A DNA stretch of 64,000 nucleotides from Macrostomum lignano (GCA_002269645.1 NIVC01003210.1:1-64000); one strand, 5' to 3'; shown: positions 13,531 to 25,800, numbered from the stretch's first letter. Translations and numbers: made by a program. Notes: generated from the sequence alone by a model not told the origin.

Positions 13531-13965
13531 ACAGACACTAGAATATCTAGATGGGCCACTCAGCACATTTGCGTGTAAGCTACTTTCAGTTCAGTAGTAG
13601 GTTAGACAGAAGCATTCTAATCTAGCTCGCATTTGCAAAGCCAAGGCACTTGCCTCCTCCAGCTTAAACCCTCCAACCGCGCCTTTCCCACCACCCCAGC
13701 CCCCACCCCGCCCCAATTTTATTGCCTTTCTCGGAATTCCAGCCTAAAGCTGCGATGTACATTTCAGTGGACTGGCCAATGTACATTCTGGCTGAACCAA
13801 TTAGCTGTTTACGCCTGCAAACTTGGACTTCTTCTAAAAACGTATCAAAGCTATTACAGCTGCCGTCAATTTAATAAAATAACTTATATATTCTTCTTTG
13901 CTACTGAACTGAAAGTAGAAAGCTGTTTTACTATGCCTGAGTGGCTCATCCAGTTATTTTAGTAT
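13531..13965 (-). mobile_element. about 435-bp dispersed element with nested subterminal inverted repeats (MITE or Helentron/HINE-like), copy 1
   Basis: An inverted homologue lies at 61247-61693. Internal IRs: CCACTCAG/CTGAGTGG and CTACTTTCAGTTCAGTAG/CTACTGAACTGAAAGTAG. Confidence 0.75.
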
Positions 13966-13976
13966 CCGAGGTCATG

Positions 13977-16900
13977 CTAGGCAAACAAATGGCCCTGGTT
14001 AAAAAAGCTAAGCTTAGTCCAAACAATATCGCCATTGAACCTAGCCAGTCGAGCAGTGCTCAGAGAGGCAAAACTGCCGCCAAGTGTCGGCACGTAGCCT
14101 CTGCTAGTAAAAAAATTCATCATAAAAACCTGCTCATCGCGCGACATATGCCGCCTAAGCCATTCCATCTGCACTACAGGTATAGAAAAGTTATCAAAAA
14201 GTTGGTAGGAAGTTTTCAAAAAATCTGCTTCTCCACCTTCGATGTCGATCTTCATGATTAGGGTAGAGCCTGGGTCAAGGATGCGGGCCAATGCGTTGCC
14301 AGAGCTGGACATCACGGGGATCGTGTCCGCTACCGCCCGAGAGAATTTCGTGGCTCCTCCGACGTTACAATCGACAGGAAAGTTCAGATAGGAGAGTGAC
14401 ACCCGGCTGCTGATGAAATTCCACACTAGATGGGAGCGGATCTGAAAAGGTTGGGGTTGAAACAGCTAAACTTCTCAGCAAGCTTCACGCATCAGGTACA
14501 TCAGTTTCACACCCCATTTAGATCATTTTCACACCTCATTTAGATCATTTTCACACCTCATTTAGATCATTTTCACACCTCATTTAGATCAGTTTCACAC
14601 CTCATTTAGATCAGTTTCACACCTCATTTAGATCATTTTCACACCTCATTTAGATCATTTTCACACCTCATTTAGATCATTTTCACACCTCATTTAGATC
14701 ATTTTCACACCTCATTTAGATCATTTTCACAACTCATTTAGATCATTTTCACACCTCATTTAGATCATTTTCACACCTCATTTAGATCATTTTCACACCT
14801 CATTTAGATCATTTTCACAACTCATTTAGATCATTTTCACAACTCATTTAGATCATTTTCACACCTCATTTAGATCATTTTCACACCTCATTTAGATTAG
14901 TTTCACACCTCATTTAGATCATTTTCACACCTCATTTAGATCTTTTTCACAACTCTGTATAGATCATTTTTCACAATTTAGTATAAATCATTTTCACAGC
15001 TTTTATTTTCAGACTTTATACAGATCATTTTCACACCTCATACAGATCTCATACATCTTATATTCACACCTCAGTGACTGTCACTCACCGCAGTTGTTAT
15101 ATCGCTAGCACTCTTATTCAGACGATTTCTAGTCATCAAAGCTTCGGCCGAGAGCCGGATGCGTAGCAGGTTTCGAATATTGGCATCTAGCGACACCACA
15201 GGTACTCCCAAGTCCATGGCCGCCAAGGAGAAGACGCCGATATTTGATCCGACATCGACAAAGGTGACGCCGTTTGGCGCGACGCCTCTGTCAGATTTAA
15301 TCCGACGCAATAAACCAATTAAAGCGGCTACATTGTTAGTCTCGAAGCCCGTGCGCTTGCGAATCTCGTCGGATATATAGTCGCGTTCGGAATAGATGTA
15401 GCATGGCAGGCTGCGGCCTGTCACAGGGCTGGGCAAGCTGGCCAACTGGCTGCGAGAGCGGACCTGATGTTTATTTGGGGATCAAGTTACGCAACTGTCA
15501 GTCTCCAAGCTGGAAGTAGTAAAGATGGTGTATCACGTACAAACCAATCTGGGAGGGCTGCAGGTGGCTCAGCAACTGAGGATCTGGGAGGCTGGTAGCC
15601 CAGCAACTGAGGATCTGGGAGGCTGGTAGCCCAGCAACTGAGGATCTGGGAGGCTGGTAGCCCAGCAACTGAGGATCTGGGAGGCTGGTAGCCCAGCAAC
15701 TGAGGATCTGGGAGGCTGGTAGCCCAGCAACTGAGGATCTGGGAGGCTGGTAGCCCAGCAACTGAGGATCTGGGAGGCTGGTAGCCCAGCAACTGAGGAT
15801 CTGGGAGGCTGGTAGCCCAGCAACTGAGGATCTGGGAATCTGGCCCGGCAACTGAGGATCTGGGAGGCTAGCCCAGCAACTGAGGATCTGGGAGGCTGGC
15901 ACAGCAAACGATGATCAGAGAGGCTGGCCCAGCAACTGGGGATCTGGGAGACTGGCTCAGCAACTGAGGATCTGGGAGACTGGCCCAGCAACTGATGATC
16001 TGGGAGGCTAGTTCGGCAACTGAGGATCTGGGAGGCTAGCCCAGCAACTAGGGGATCCGAAAGAACTGAGGAATAAAATGGCAAACGGCTCACCTGATCC
16101 ATAATCTCGTCTGGCAGCCGGTCCCGCAGACGGCACAGCGGGAAGCTGCCATTGACGATGGCGTAAGCAGCGGTGCCGGAGCAGATCCTGTCCCGAATCG
16201 AGTCGCTGAGAAAGTTGATGTTGCGCAACTCATCGTAGGCTTTGCAGCTCGCCGCTGCCTCGACGTTGGATCTGTATGATATTAAAATTAACGGAAGCAT
16301 CAACTTTTATTAGTGACAATAAAAATGTTACGCAATAAATTTTCTAGTGGAATACTCAGTCAGATGAGTTCCGCAAATCTTTAACTAACCCATTCCGGAC
16401 ATTTCCACAGCTTAAAACTACTACCAGTAGTGTAAAAGCAAATTGCATTGCGCTGAACTACGCCCAACTATACATTATCTAGAAACGAATATAGCTCTAG
16501 AAGGAAACATTACAGGACACCTTATTTTTACTAGGCTAGGGGGAGAGAAGGCAGCTGAAACGACATTTTAGCATGTCAGGAGGCGTCATGCACAACCATT
16601 GGTTTATTATTTTTTTTATTAGAGGCAGGGGGGTTGTGTGCACCCTGGCGCACTTTAAGCGACATAGGCACACAACCGGCGAGAGGAGTGCTGCCCATTC
16701 CGCCGACTCCCCTGAGCAGGCATACAAGCGCGCGGATACGTACGCAGGCACACACTCACACAGGAGTGTACAGCGGCCCTAACTTTATTTATCGTTAGGC
16801 ATGTACACTTCACTGTGCCTTGGGGGGTTGGCTCTCAAGGCCGTTAATTGCCAAATTAATGTGACTGCACTTGGAATCGAGCCTGGGTCGCTGGCACACC

Positions 16901-17414
16901 AGAGTAGCTGCGCTACCGCTGGGCTACGGCCCCCCTTACAACCATTGGTTGGATTCCACGTGTAGCATACATTCACTTGGGGCTTGTAGATAGCCAGTAG
17001 GTTGTTGTACGATTCACAGTCATGAGGGTCAACCTCCAAAGGCACATAGAGCGTACATGCCAGACGATTAGAAAGTCATGGGCTACTGTACACCCTGAGA
17101 GCATGTGTATGAATGCTTGTCTGAGCACAGTATTGGAACGGTTGTAAATGGAATAATATAGGGTCTGGGTCATAGACTAAAATATTTTCATTCAAATTTG
17201 CAAAATGAAATAAAAAACAATTTAACAATAAATACCCTGGTAACACCTACTTGCTACTGTCAGCTGGAAAAATCCACGACTTGTGTGAAAACTCCACTTG
17301 ATCTATGCCAAGATAGATTGAATTTGACCCAAAGAAGGCAACAAATAAGGCAACCGTTAGCAATAGCAAGCAGAGAAATAATGGTATTATTTTGCGGTAG
17401 AATATCAATGGCAT
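13977..17414 (-). CDS. type II membrane FkbM-family (Methyltransf_21-like) SAM-dependent methyltransferase, 4 exons, about 393 aa
   Basis: Exons 17414-17251, 16271-16094, 15463-15089, 14441-13977. GT-AG sites have matching phases (2, 0, 0) and the total is 1182 nt. Exon 1 gives MPLIFYRKIIPLFLCLLLLTVALFVAFFG (signal anchor). FkbM motifs: FVDVGSNIGVFSL, NVGG, MKIDIEGGE, VQMEW. Confidence 0.88.
14500..15058. repeat. 22-bp intronic minisatellite (CATTTAGATCATTTTCACACCT)n
   Basis: Fills most of intron 3 of the methyltransferase gene. Confidence 0.95.
15545..16045. repeat. 31-bp intronic minisatellite (GCCCAGCAACTGAGGATCTGGGAGGCTGGTA)n
   Basis: Lies between the donor GTGAGC (16093) and the acceptor (15464) of methyltransferase intron 2. 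Confidence 0.93.
16603..16935 (-). mobile_element. tRNA-derived SINE family A, copy 1
   Basis: Inverted homologue of 51185-51570. The head has A-box-like and B-box-like (GGCTCGATTCC) motifs, and there is an A-rich tail. Confidence 0.82.
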
Positions 17415-18525
17415 GTTTCTGTGACGGTGTTTATATATAAATGTAAATCTGAAATGTCAAAAATGGAAGAATTATTGAAATACTATTTAAAAATATTTGA
17501 ATTAGAAATACTGTCACAGGAAAATTTTTTATTGAACAGTGCAAGTCTCGTGAAAATCAGTCAAGCCATTCTTTCAAAAATCAATTTCATATGGAAGGAT
17601 GGATAGACAACTCATTTTATTATATAAGAGAAAACAAAATTGATGTATAAACTATATATAATGCTCATTATATAATGATCTGGGGTCTAGAGACCCTGGG
17701 GTTGGGGACTTAAACAATCAGACTTTTGATGCTACATACACATTGTGGTTGGGTAGTAAGGGCTAATGTTAAGGTGAATGTTTTCACTTTCAATGCAAGG
17801 GGAACCTCTTAAGTCCATAGAATCAAGGACTCAAGCAACAAACAAAAGTTTGACACTTTATGCATGTTGGGGTTGAAATCAAGAGGGGCTGAAGTTAAGA
17901 TAAATGTTTTCACTTTCAATACAAGGAGAGTTCTTAAGTCTCTAGGCTCTGGGCTCAGTCTCCAGGGGCTTCAGGCTTAACATTTTTTACACTATAATGC
18001 ACATTGTGGTTCAGGACCATAAAAAATGCTAGATTGCAAAGAAGGCTTCTAAGAAACCAACTGATGAGTAGCCCATTGCTCTTAGTAGAAGATCTCAATA
18101 AGAATTAGACATTTGATTACTTTACTTTGCTACTTTAGAACAAATCCTGCAGCTGCTGTCTTGCAACTCTGTGCTTGATCAGCTCTACTTGTGGCTTTCT
18201 TCTGAGGGAGCATAGAAGCACTATGCAGTATGTATTTCTATGGCCAATGATATGCAAACAAATGCATGCTGCTTACAGCAAGAAGCACTTATAAAAATTG
18301 GACTTTCGTAGCATGAAAGCTAAAATAAGCTGCTAACTTTTAAAGCATATGATTTTTTAACATATTAATACTTGTAGAAGCAAGCAACAGTGACACTACT
18401 TCTGGGCCACCCTTCGTATAATAGCCAATAGCAAGAGGTCTAATGCCTAATGCCAAACATTTCAACTATAGCAAGAAATTTATACAAAGTTACAGAAAGT
18501 TTATTAGCTATAGATATGGTTATGG

Positions 18526-21500
18526 CACGGTGCTACCATAGGCAGAAAATTGCTTAAAAAATTCACCGGAAAAGTTATTTGTCACAATTGACAATCGAGT
18601 TATTAAGGATTCCATGGAAGAAAAAATTAAAATTGTACTCGTTTGTTTTAGCTCAAAAAAACAATTTTCTGTTTTTTACCATAGATTATATTGGAAATTT
18701 ACTGCATTGTAATTGAATTCTTTCAAATTGTTGTCAATATGCGTATTAAAGAAGAGTTATTACAATTTAAATCGAAACAAATTCACAATTTTTTTCAGCA
18801 AGTCCATGAATATTGTATTGTATGCACATTTTAAATCTACTCGAAGCTTAGCACACTGTCTTACATGAAGCAAAACAACTCAAAGCAGCATGGTGCTGCG
18901 GCGTTTCACAAACCCCAAATTTTATAACATAAATTTTTTTTTATATTCTTTCACCTTAATATCTAACCTCAAACCATGTGAATATGTTCTTGATGCTATG
19001 AAATTTTGGGTTTGTGAAAGCACCCCTATCATACAAGGTTTTGTATTACCTTACAATTCAAATTAGAATCGTTACAATTGCAATTTAATATATAGACTTC
19101 AAAGGGGACATTTATCGGGTTGATTTTCCTGGAGGCTTTGACTACAATAACTGAGTGGGTCGAAAAATTGTGCTACTAAATTTTCTGACTTCATAACTGT
19201 CCAATACTTGCGTTGCAGTTCAACTGTTGCAGTTCCGGATTCGCACTTTCCACAAAACGCTCACAAATGGCGACTGTTGTAACACCGCACAGCTGCCAGG
19301 AGCCTTTCAGCGAAGAGAGGATGCGTGCTCGCCACCTTGTATCTCTCCCAATACAGGAGGAAGTCTCTGTGCATCGACTCCATGCATTGTTCGCTCCATG
19401 GCCCCAGGCCTGTTTTGTCCTTGGCGCGGCAGAAGTCACTGACGTGGTGGAAAATCGCGTGGATTTTTGGACTGATGGAAATGCCGAGATCGGCATAACT
19501 GGTGCAAAATTCCTGAATCGCCTGCTCGAAATTGGGACGCAGCTCACTCCCGAAGCATGACACCACGACCGAGTTCAACGCTCGAAGGGCGGCAACAAAC
19601 GGCAGCGCTGCCATCGGGCACATCGCTTCTAGCAGGTCCACGTTGCGCAGCAACTTGCGGCTCGCATTGCCAGTGAAGCTGCCACCGTGATGCTTGTCAC
19701 ATTGGACATTGCAAGCTGTAAGCCAAGCTTCACCATGCAGACCCTCGTACAGCACATGGACCGCACTGGTCAGTAGGTGCAGCTCCGGTGGAGGGACAAT
19801 GTGCAACACCGGGACTTCAACTCCAGCGGAAAAGATGCTGGGCTGGACGACATTATCGAAGTGCTTAGCTAGTTGGCGTTCACCACCAGCAGCCAGGTAG
19901 GCCTGGTATTTCTCACTGAGGCTGCCAAAGGTCCTTGGCTCGCCGCAGCTGTCAAGGCTCCCTTTATTAACGTTGCACCAGGTGCAGGCATGCGAGCTGC
20001 TGTGGGCCATCAAGCCGAGAAGGATGTTGGCAAGCTTCAGGTCACACGCGATGCTGATGTTCGCCGACAGAAGCTGCAGGCGGCAGCTCTCCCAGAGACA
20101 CTCCAGGTTCCTGTGGTTCTCCTGCGTGTTGGGAGCGATGCCAAGGATGACGGCCCGATGCACGCCAGTGTCGAGGAATCGGCGATCAGCCCCCTTCTGC
20201 TGCTCCTCACCAGCACACACGCACAGGTCAAAAACGGATATCGAGAGCTTCAAGAACCCACCTCCACCATCGATTCCAATTCTGACGACTGTGGAAGCAA
20301 CATCCATCAGCCGGCGGTTTGCAATCATGCGGCCCAGGAGCTCGACCACATCAGTGCAGACAACGGCCCACTGCTCAGCTGGAGTCTGCCTTCCCCTCTC
20401 TTCTCGGATAAACGCCAGCTGCTTCGCTTGGAAGAGGTCATCCAGTTCGTGATCCATCTCCCTCAATGTCTGCCGGATGTTGCTCTGGACAGCTGAGGCG
20501 CCAATCGAAGACCGAAGATTTCGAAGTACAACCTCCGTTTTGCGCGAACTGAGGCCCAGCTCACCTTGCAGATGACGCATATTATCCGCCGTGAAGACCG
20601 CTGTTGGCTTCGGAGGCGGCGGATTCACGGCCAGCCTCATTGAGGGTCCAGCGTTGGATGCCAGCACGGTGATGCCCGAGGCTGTGTCTCCGGAGCCTGA
20701 AGTAATAAGTTTCTGCCGCACAATTGTTGTGGCGAGCCGCTCTGGGAATTCCGGGGACGCTTCCTGCAACAGGGCATGCGCATTCTGCAGTCTTGTGGGT
20801 CTGTTGCATGTGTGCGGCTTGCCCCTGCCAATAGGACTGATGCAGAAGGAGCAGACCTTGACCATTTCGGGCTTGGGCGTTGTAGCCTCGTCCGCCGTCA
20901 AACTCGGCCGCCCAACAGACCGCTTTGGGACGTTGGCTTCTGGAGGATGGACTCTGCATCTGGCAGTGCTGCAGATCTTACAGTCGCATCCATCTTGGCC
21001 CACTGATCGGGTCACCGGCAGTGGCTGCACGTCCCTGAAGTCATACATCGGTGGCACATCAGCCCGTTGGCCCTTCTCCAGCTGCTGCAGAGCGAATCTG
21101 CACGTGCCACAAATTGCCTTGGGAACGCGATTATCGTGCAGATCGTAGAGCCAGCCACTGTGCCGATTGATGATGGCCAGCATCCAGGGCGTAACGGATC
21201 GCAACTCTTTTGCCTTCAAAAAGCACAAAATGCAGATCCGATTGAGGCAATCTTCGTGTGATAGTGGCATGACAAAAACTGTGTACACGCAAGCACAATC
21301 GTTGCAACTAAATGTTTCGATGAAACACTTTTAGACAGAGTTGGTTAGACAGACTTTTAGACAGAGACAAACCTCCTCAAACGGGACCTCCTTACTTTTA
21401 AGGTTTGACGTTTATATTGATGAAAAACATAAATGAGCACGATGGCATTACAAGACTGAGGGTGGTTCGGCGAGTGCTTGGTGCAAAGAGCACACACCAA

Positions 21501-22138
21501 TGTACAATATCATACTTTGTACGTACAGCTCAGGAAGAGAGAGAGCAAGCCACAGCATACGAGTGCTTACCTACGTATGTAGAATGGTGGAGGGATTGGC
21601 TGAGGGTAAAGCTTTGGGTCTGGGCGGGCTGGGTGGATCTGAACCAGTGACTCATCCGAACAGGGTGAGTACGAGTATAAAGGCTCATTCACAACACCAT
21701 CAAACAAGCAACCAACTCACATGACTTACATACAAAGGGATGAAAAACTATGCATATGTCGTGTGATCACTTGAAATTTGGTCTCGTTTGATGGCGGTGT
21801 GAATGGGCCTTAAGGCTCTCTTGTGGTAGGCCCATCCAAGTCAAATGTGTAGCTTTTAGGCATCAACCAATCATTGATGAATATCAGTAACATGTTTTTT
21901 AATGCTTGCCTTTGATCCTGGACTCAATCGAATTGATTTCTAAATAGTACGGTGATACTTCACTTTTTTATTAATTCGTCTATGGTAAAAACTGAAAATA
22001 GCACTTTTTGAGCTAAAACGAACAACTACAATTTTTATTTTTTCTTCTAAGGAATCCTTACTAATTCGAGTATCGATTGTGACAAATAACTTTTCCGGTG
22101 ATTTTTTTTAGCAATTTTCCGACTATGGTAGCACCGTG
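18526..22138 (-). mobile_element. Chapaev / N-RAG-TP-like DNA transposon (3.6 kb), apparently autonomous
   Basis: About 160-bp imperfect TIRs (18526-18685 and 21979-22138) with the first 16 bp identical (CACGGTGCTACCATAG). They enclose one intact transposase ORF. No clear TSD. Confidence 0.88.
19261..21270 (-). CDS. DDE transposase with RAG1-like N-terminal zinc-binding domain (Chapaev/Transib-related), 669 aa from the first ATG
   Basis: Uninterrupted ORF. N-terminal HxxCLxxICILC...PKAICGTC...CDCKICSTAR. Core motifs IDGGGG (D), ACDLK (D), HACTWC, PPPELHLL, FTGNASRKLL, SPKIHAIFHH, WSEQCMESMH (E). Confidence 0.9.
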   Translation of the reverse strand: MPLSHEDCLNRICILCFLKAKELRSVTPWMLAIINRHSGWLYDLHDNRVPKAICGTCRFALQQLEKGQRADVPPMYDFRDVQPLPVTRSVGQDGCDCKICSTARCRVHPPEANVPKRSVGRPSLTADEATTPKPEMVKVCSFCISPIGRGKPHTCNRPTRLQNAHALLQEASPEFPERLATTIVRQKLITSGSGDTASGITVLASNAGPSMRLAVNPPPPKPTAVFTADNMRHLQGELGLSSRKTEVVLRNLRSSIGASAVQSNIRQTLREMDHELDDLFQAKQLAFIREERGRQTPAEQWAVVCTDVVELLGRMIANRRLMDVASTVVRIGIDGGGGFLKLSISVFDLCVCAGEEQQKGADRRFLDTGVHRAVILGIAPNTQENHRNLECLWESCRLQLLSANISIACDLKLANILLGLMAHSSSHACTWCNVNKGSLDSCGEPRTFGSLSEKYQAYLAAGGERQLAKHFDNVVQPSIFSAGVEVPVLHIVPPPELHLLTSAVHVLYEGLHGEAWLTACNVQCDKHHGGSFTGNASRKLLRNVDLLEAMCPMAALPFVAALRALNSVVVSCFGSELRPNFEQAIQEFCTSYADLGISISPKIHAIFHHVSDFCRAKDKTGLGPWSEQCMESMHRDFLLYWERYKVASTHPLFAERLLAAVRCYNSRHL

Positions 22139-22884
22139 GATATAGATAAAATTTGGTTATAGCAAAACTCTATTAGAGTTCTTATTCACAATATTTTTGG
22201 CTTTTATTAAATCTATAAATAGACACTTATTAAATGAAAACTTACAAAAGTAAATAGTTTTATAAAAAACAACTTAGCATCCTATATACTAAAAATGAAA
22301 ATCTTGCTTGCTTGCTTGCTTGTAATCGATTAGAGAAAAAATGGCTTAACCGATTTTCATGAGACTTGCACTGTTCGATCAGAAATTTTCCCGTGACGGT
22401 ACATGCATCTTGGCTAAGAAATTACTCCATGTTAAAGCGATTAAATATTCGAAAAACATGCTTTTTTGCAAAGTTCAAGCAAACTTTTCGACTTGAAATG
22501 CATTGTAAGAATGCTAGAGAAAAAACTGACTGGTTAAATTCTGATTCTGAAATAGATTGCATCATAACTGAATTGTAACTCCGACTTGAATTGCGTCACA
22601 GTATTGAAAATGCAGTGTGGAAGCATAGCACCAGACTTGATTTAGATTGCGTAACCATATTGTTAACTGATACTGACTGACTGAGAAATTGATTATGTCA
22701 TAACTGCCTTGTGTGATTTACTCTATGCTTGGAGTTTTGAAACTTATAATTATAGAAGTGCTAAAATTCATGTTATCAAAACGATGAGAGCTAGCCTAGA
22801 CTGCTAAATGCAGGGACGATGGTTTGAATTTTTAGAGAGTGGAGTTTTTTTAATTAAAGTTTTTTTACACCAAGAAAACTAAAA

Positions 22885-25800
22885 AATCATAGAAGCGTCA
22901 TGTAAAAAAATCATAGAAGCGTCATCTAAAAAGTCATAGAAGCGTCATGAAAAAATCATGGAAGCGTCATGTAAACAATCATAGAAGCATCATGTAAAAA
23001 ATCATAGAAGCATCATGTAAACAATCATAGAAGCGTCATCTAAAAAATCATAGAAGCGTCATGTAAAAATCATAGAATCGTCATATAAAAGCATAGAAGC
23101 GTCATATAAACAATCATAGAAGCGTCATGTAAAAAATCATAGAAGCGTCATGTAAACAATCATAGAAGCGTCATATAAAAAGCATAGAAGCGTCATGAAA
23201 AAATCATAGAAGTGTCATGTAAACAATCATAGAAGCGTCATGTAAAAAAATCATAGAAGCGTCATGTAAAAAATCATGGAAGCGTCATATAAACAATCAT
23301 AGAAGTGTCATATAAAAAAGCATAGAAGCGTCATGAAAAAATCATAGGAGCGTCCTGCAGAAATTGTAGAAGCGTCATGAAATAATCATAGAAGCGTCAT
23401 GTAAAAAGCATAGAAGCGTCATGTAAACAATCATAGAAGCGTCATATTAAAAACCATAGAAGCGTCATATAAACAATCATAGAAGCGTCATGTAAACAAT
23501 CATAGAAGCGTCATGTAAAAAATCGAAGAAGCGTCATATAAAAAGCATAGAAGCGTCATATAAACAATCATAGAAGCGTCATGTAAAAAATCATAGGAGC
23601 GTCATGAAAAAATCATAGAAGCGTCATGTAAACAATCATAGAAGCGTCATGTAAAAAATCATAGGAGCGTCATGAAAAAATCATAGAAGCGTCATGTAAA
23701 AATCATGGAAGCGTCATGTAAAAAATCATAGAAGCATCATGTAAAAATCATAGTAGCATCATGTAAAAAATCATAGAAGCGTCATGTAAAAATCATAGAA
23801 GCGTCATATAAACAATCATAGAAGCGTCATATAAACAATCATAGAAGCGTCATGTAAAAAGCATAGAAGCGTCATGTAAAAAGCATAGAAGCGTCATGTA
23901 GACAATCATAGAAGCGTCAAGTAAAAAATCATAGAAGCGTCATGTAAAAATCATAGAAGCGTCATGTAAACAATCATAGAAGCGTCATGTAAACAATCAT
24001 GGAAGCGTCATATAAAAAAATCATAGAAGCGTCATGTAAAAAGCATAGAAGCGTCATATAAACAATCATAGAAGCATTATATAAAAAATCATAGAAGCAT
24101 CATGTGAAAATCTTAGAAGCGTCATGAAAAAATCAGAAGCATCATGTAAAAATCTTAGAAGCGTCATGTAAAAATCATAGAATCGTCATATAAAAGCATA
24201 GAAGCGTCATATAAACAATCATAGAAGCGTCATGTAAAAAATCATAGAAGCGTCATGTAAACAATCATAGAAGCGTCATATAAAAAGCATAGAAGCGTCA
24301 TGAAAAAATCATAGAAGTGTCATGTAAACAATCATAGAAGCGTAATGTAAAAAAATCATAGAAGCGTCATGTAAAAAATCATGGAAGCGTCATATAAACA
24401 ATCATAGAAGTGTCATATAAAAAAGCATAGAAGCGTCATGAAAAAATCATAGGAGCGTCCTGCAGAAATTGTAGAAGCGTCATGAAATAATCATAGAAGC
24501 GTCATGTAAAAAGCATAGAAGCGTCATGTAAACAATCATAGAAGCGTCATATTAAAAACCATAGAAGCGTCATATAAACAATCATAGAAGCGTCATGTAA
24601 ACAATCATAGAAGCGTCATGTAAAAAATCGAAGAAGCGTCATATAAAAAGCATAGAAGCGTCATATAAACAATCATAGAAGCGTCATGTAAAAAATCATA
24701 GGAGCGTCATGAAAAAATCATAGAAGCGTCATGTAAACAATCATAGAAGCGTCATGTAAAAAATCATAGGAGCGTCATGAAAAAATCATAGAAGCGTCAT
24801 GTAAAAATCATGGAAGCGTCATGTAAAAAATCATAGAAGCATCATGTAAAAATCATAGTAGCATCATGTAAAAAATCATAGAAGCGTCATGTAAAAATCA
24901 TAGTAGCATCATGTAAAAAGCATAGAAGCGTCATGTAAAAAGCATAGAAGCGTCATGTAGACAATCATAGAAGCGTCAAGTAAAAAATCATAGAAGCGTC
25001 ATGTAAAAATCATAGAAGCGTCATGTAAACAATCATAGAAGCGTCATGTAAACAATCATGGAAGCGTCATATAAAAAAATCATAGAAGCGTCATGTAAAA
25101 AGCATAGAAGCGTCATATAAACAATCATAGAAGCATTATATAAAAAATCATAGAAGCATCATGTGAAAATCTTAGAAGCGTCATGAAAAAATCAGAAGCA
25201 TCATGTAAAAATCTTAGAAGCGTCATGTAAAAATCATAGAATCGTCATATAAAAGCATAGAAGCGTCATATAAACAATCATAGAAGCGTCATGTAAAAAA
25301 TCATAGAAGCGTCATGTAAACAATCATAGAAGCGTCATATAAAAAGCATAGAAGCGTCATGAAAAAATCATAGAAGTGTCATGTAAACAATCATAGAAGC
25401 GTAATGTAAAAAAATCATAGAAGCGTCATGTAAAAAATCATGGAAGCGTCATATAAACAATCATAGAAGTGTCATATAAAAAAGCATAGAAGCGTCATGA
25501 AAAAATCATAGGAGCGTCCTGCAGAAATTGTAGAAGCGTCATGAAATAATCATAGAAGCGTCATGTAAAAAGCATAGAAGCGTCATGTAAACAATCATAG
25601 AAGCGTCATATTAAAAACCATAGAAGCGTCATATAAACAATCATAGAAGCGTCATGTAAACAATCATAGAAGCGTCATGTAAAAAATCGAAGAAGCGTCA
25701 TATAAAAAGCATAGAAGCGTCATATAAACAATCATAGAAGCGTCATGTAAAAAATCATAGGAGCGTCATGAAAAAATCATAGAAGCGTCATGTAAAAAAT

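Noticed and set aside
15487-16303. Repeat-number-dependent frameshift (phase variation) in the methyltransferase
   Set aside because: A strong donor CAG|GTGAGC at 16094/16093 and an in-phase acceptor at 15464 place the whole 31-bp array in an intron.
19191-21148. Overlapping and antisense ORFs across the transposase
   Set aside because: These are shadows of a GC-rich coding sequence with no recognisable motifs.
18521-22143. TSD, RSS nonamer and RAG2-like partner for the RAG1-like transposon
   Set aside because: The flanks (TATGG and GATAT) do not give a clean 3-5 bp duplication. There is no ACAAAAACC at 12- or 23-bp spacing and no room for a second gene, so it is not called ProtoRAG.
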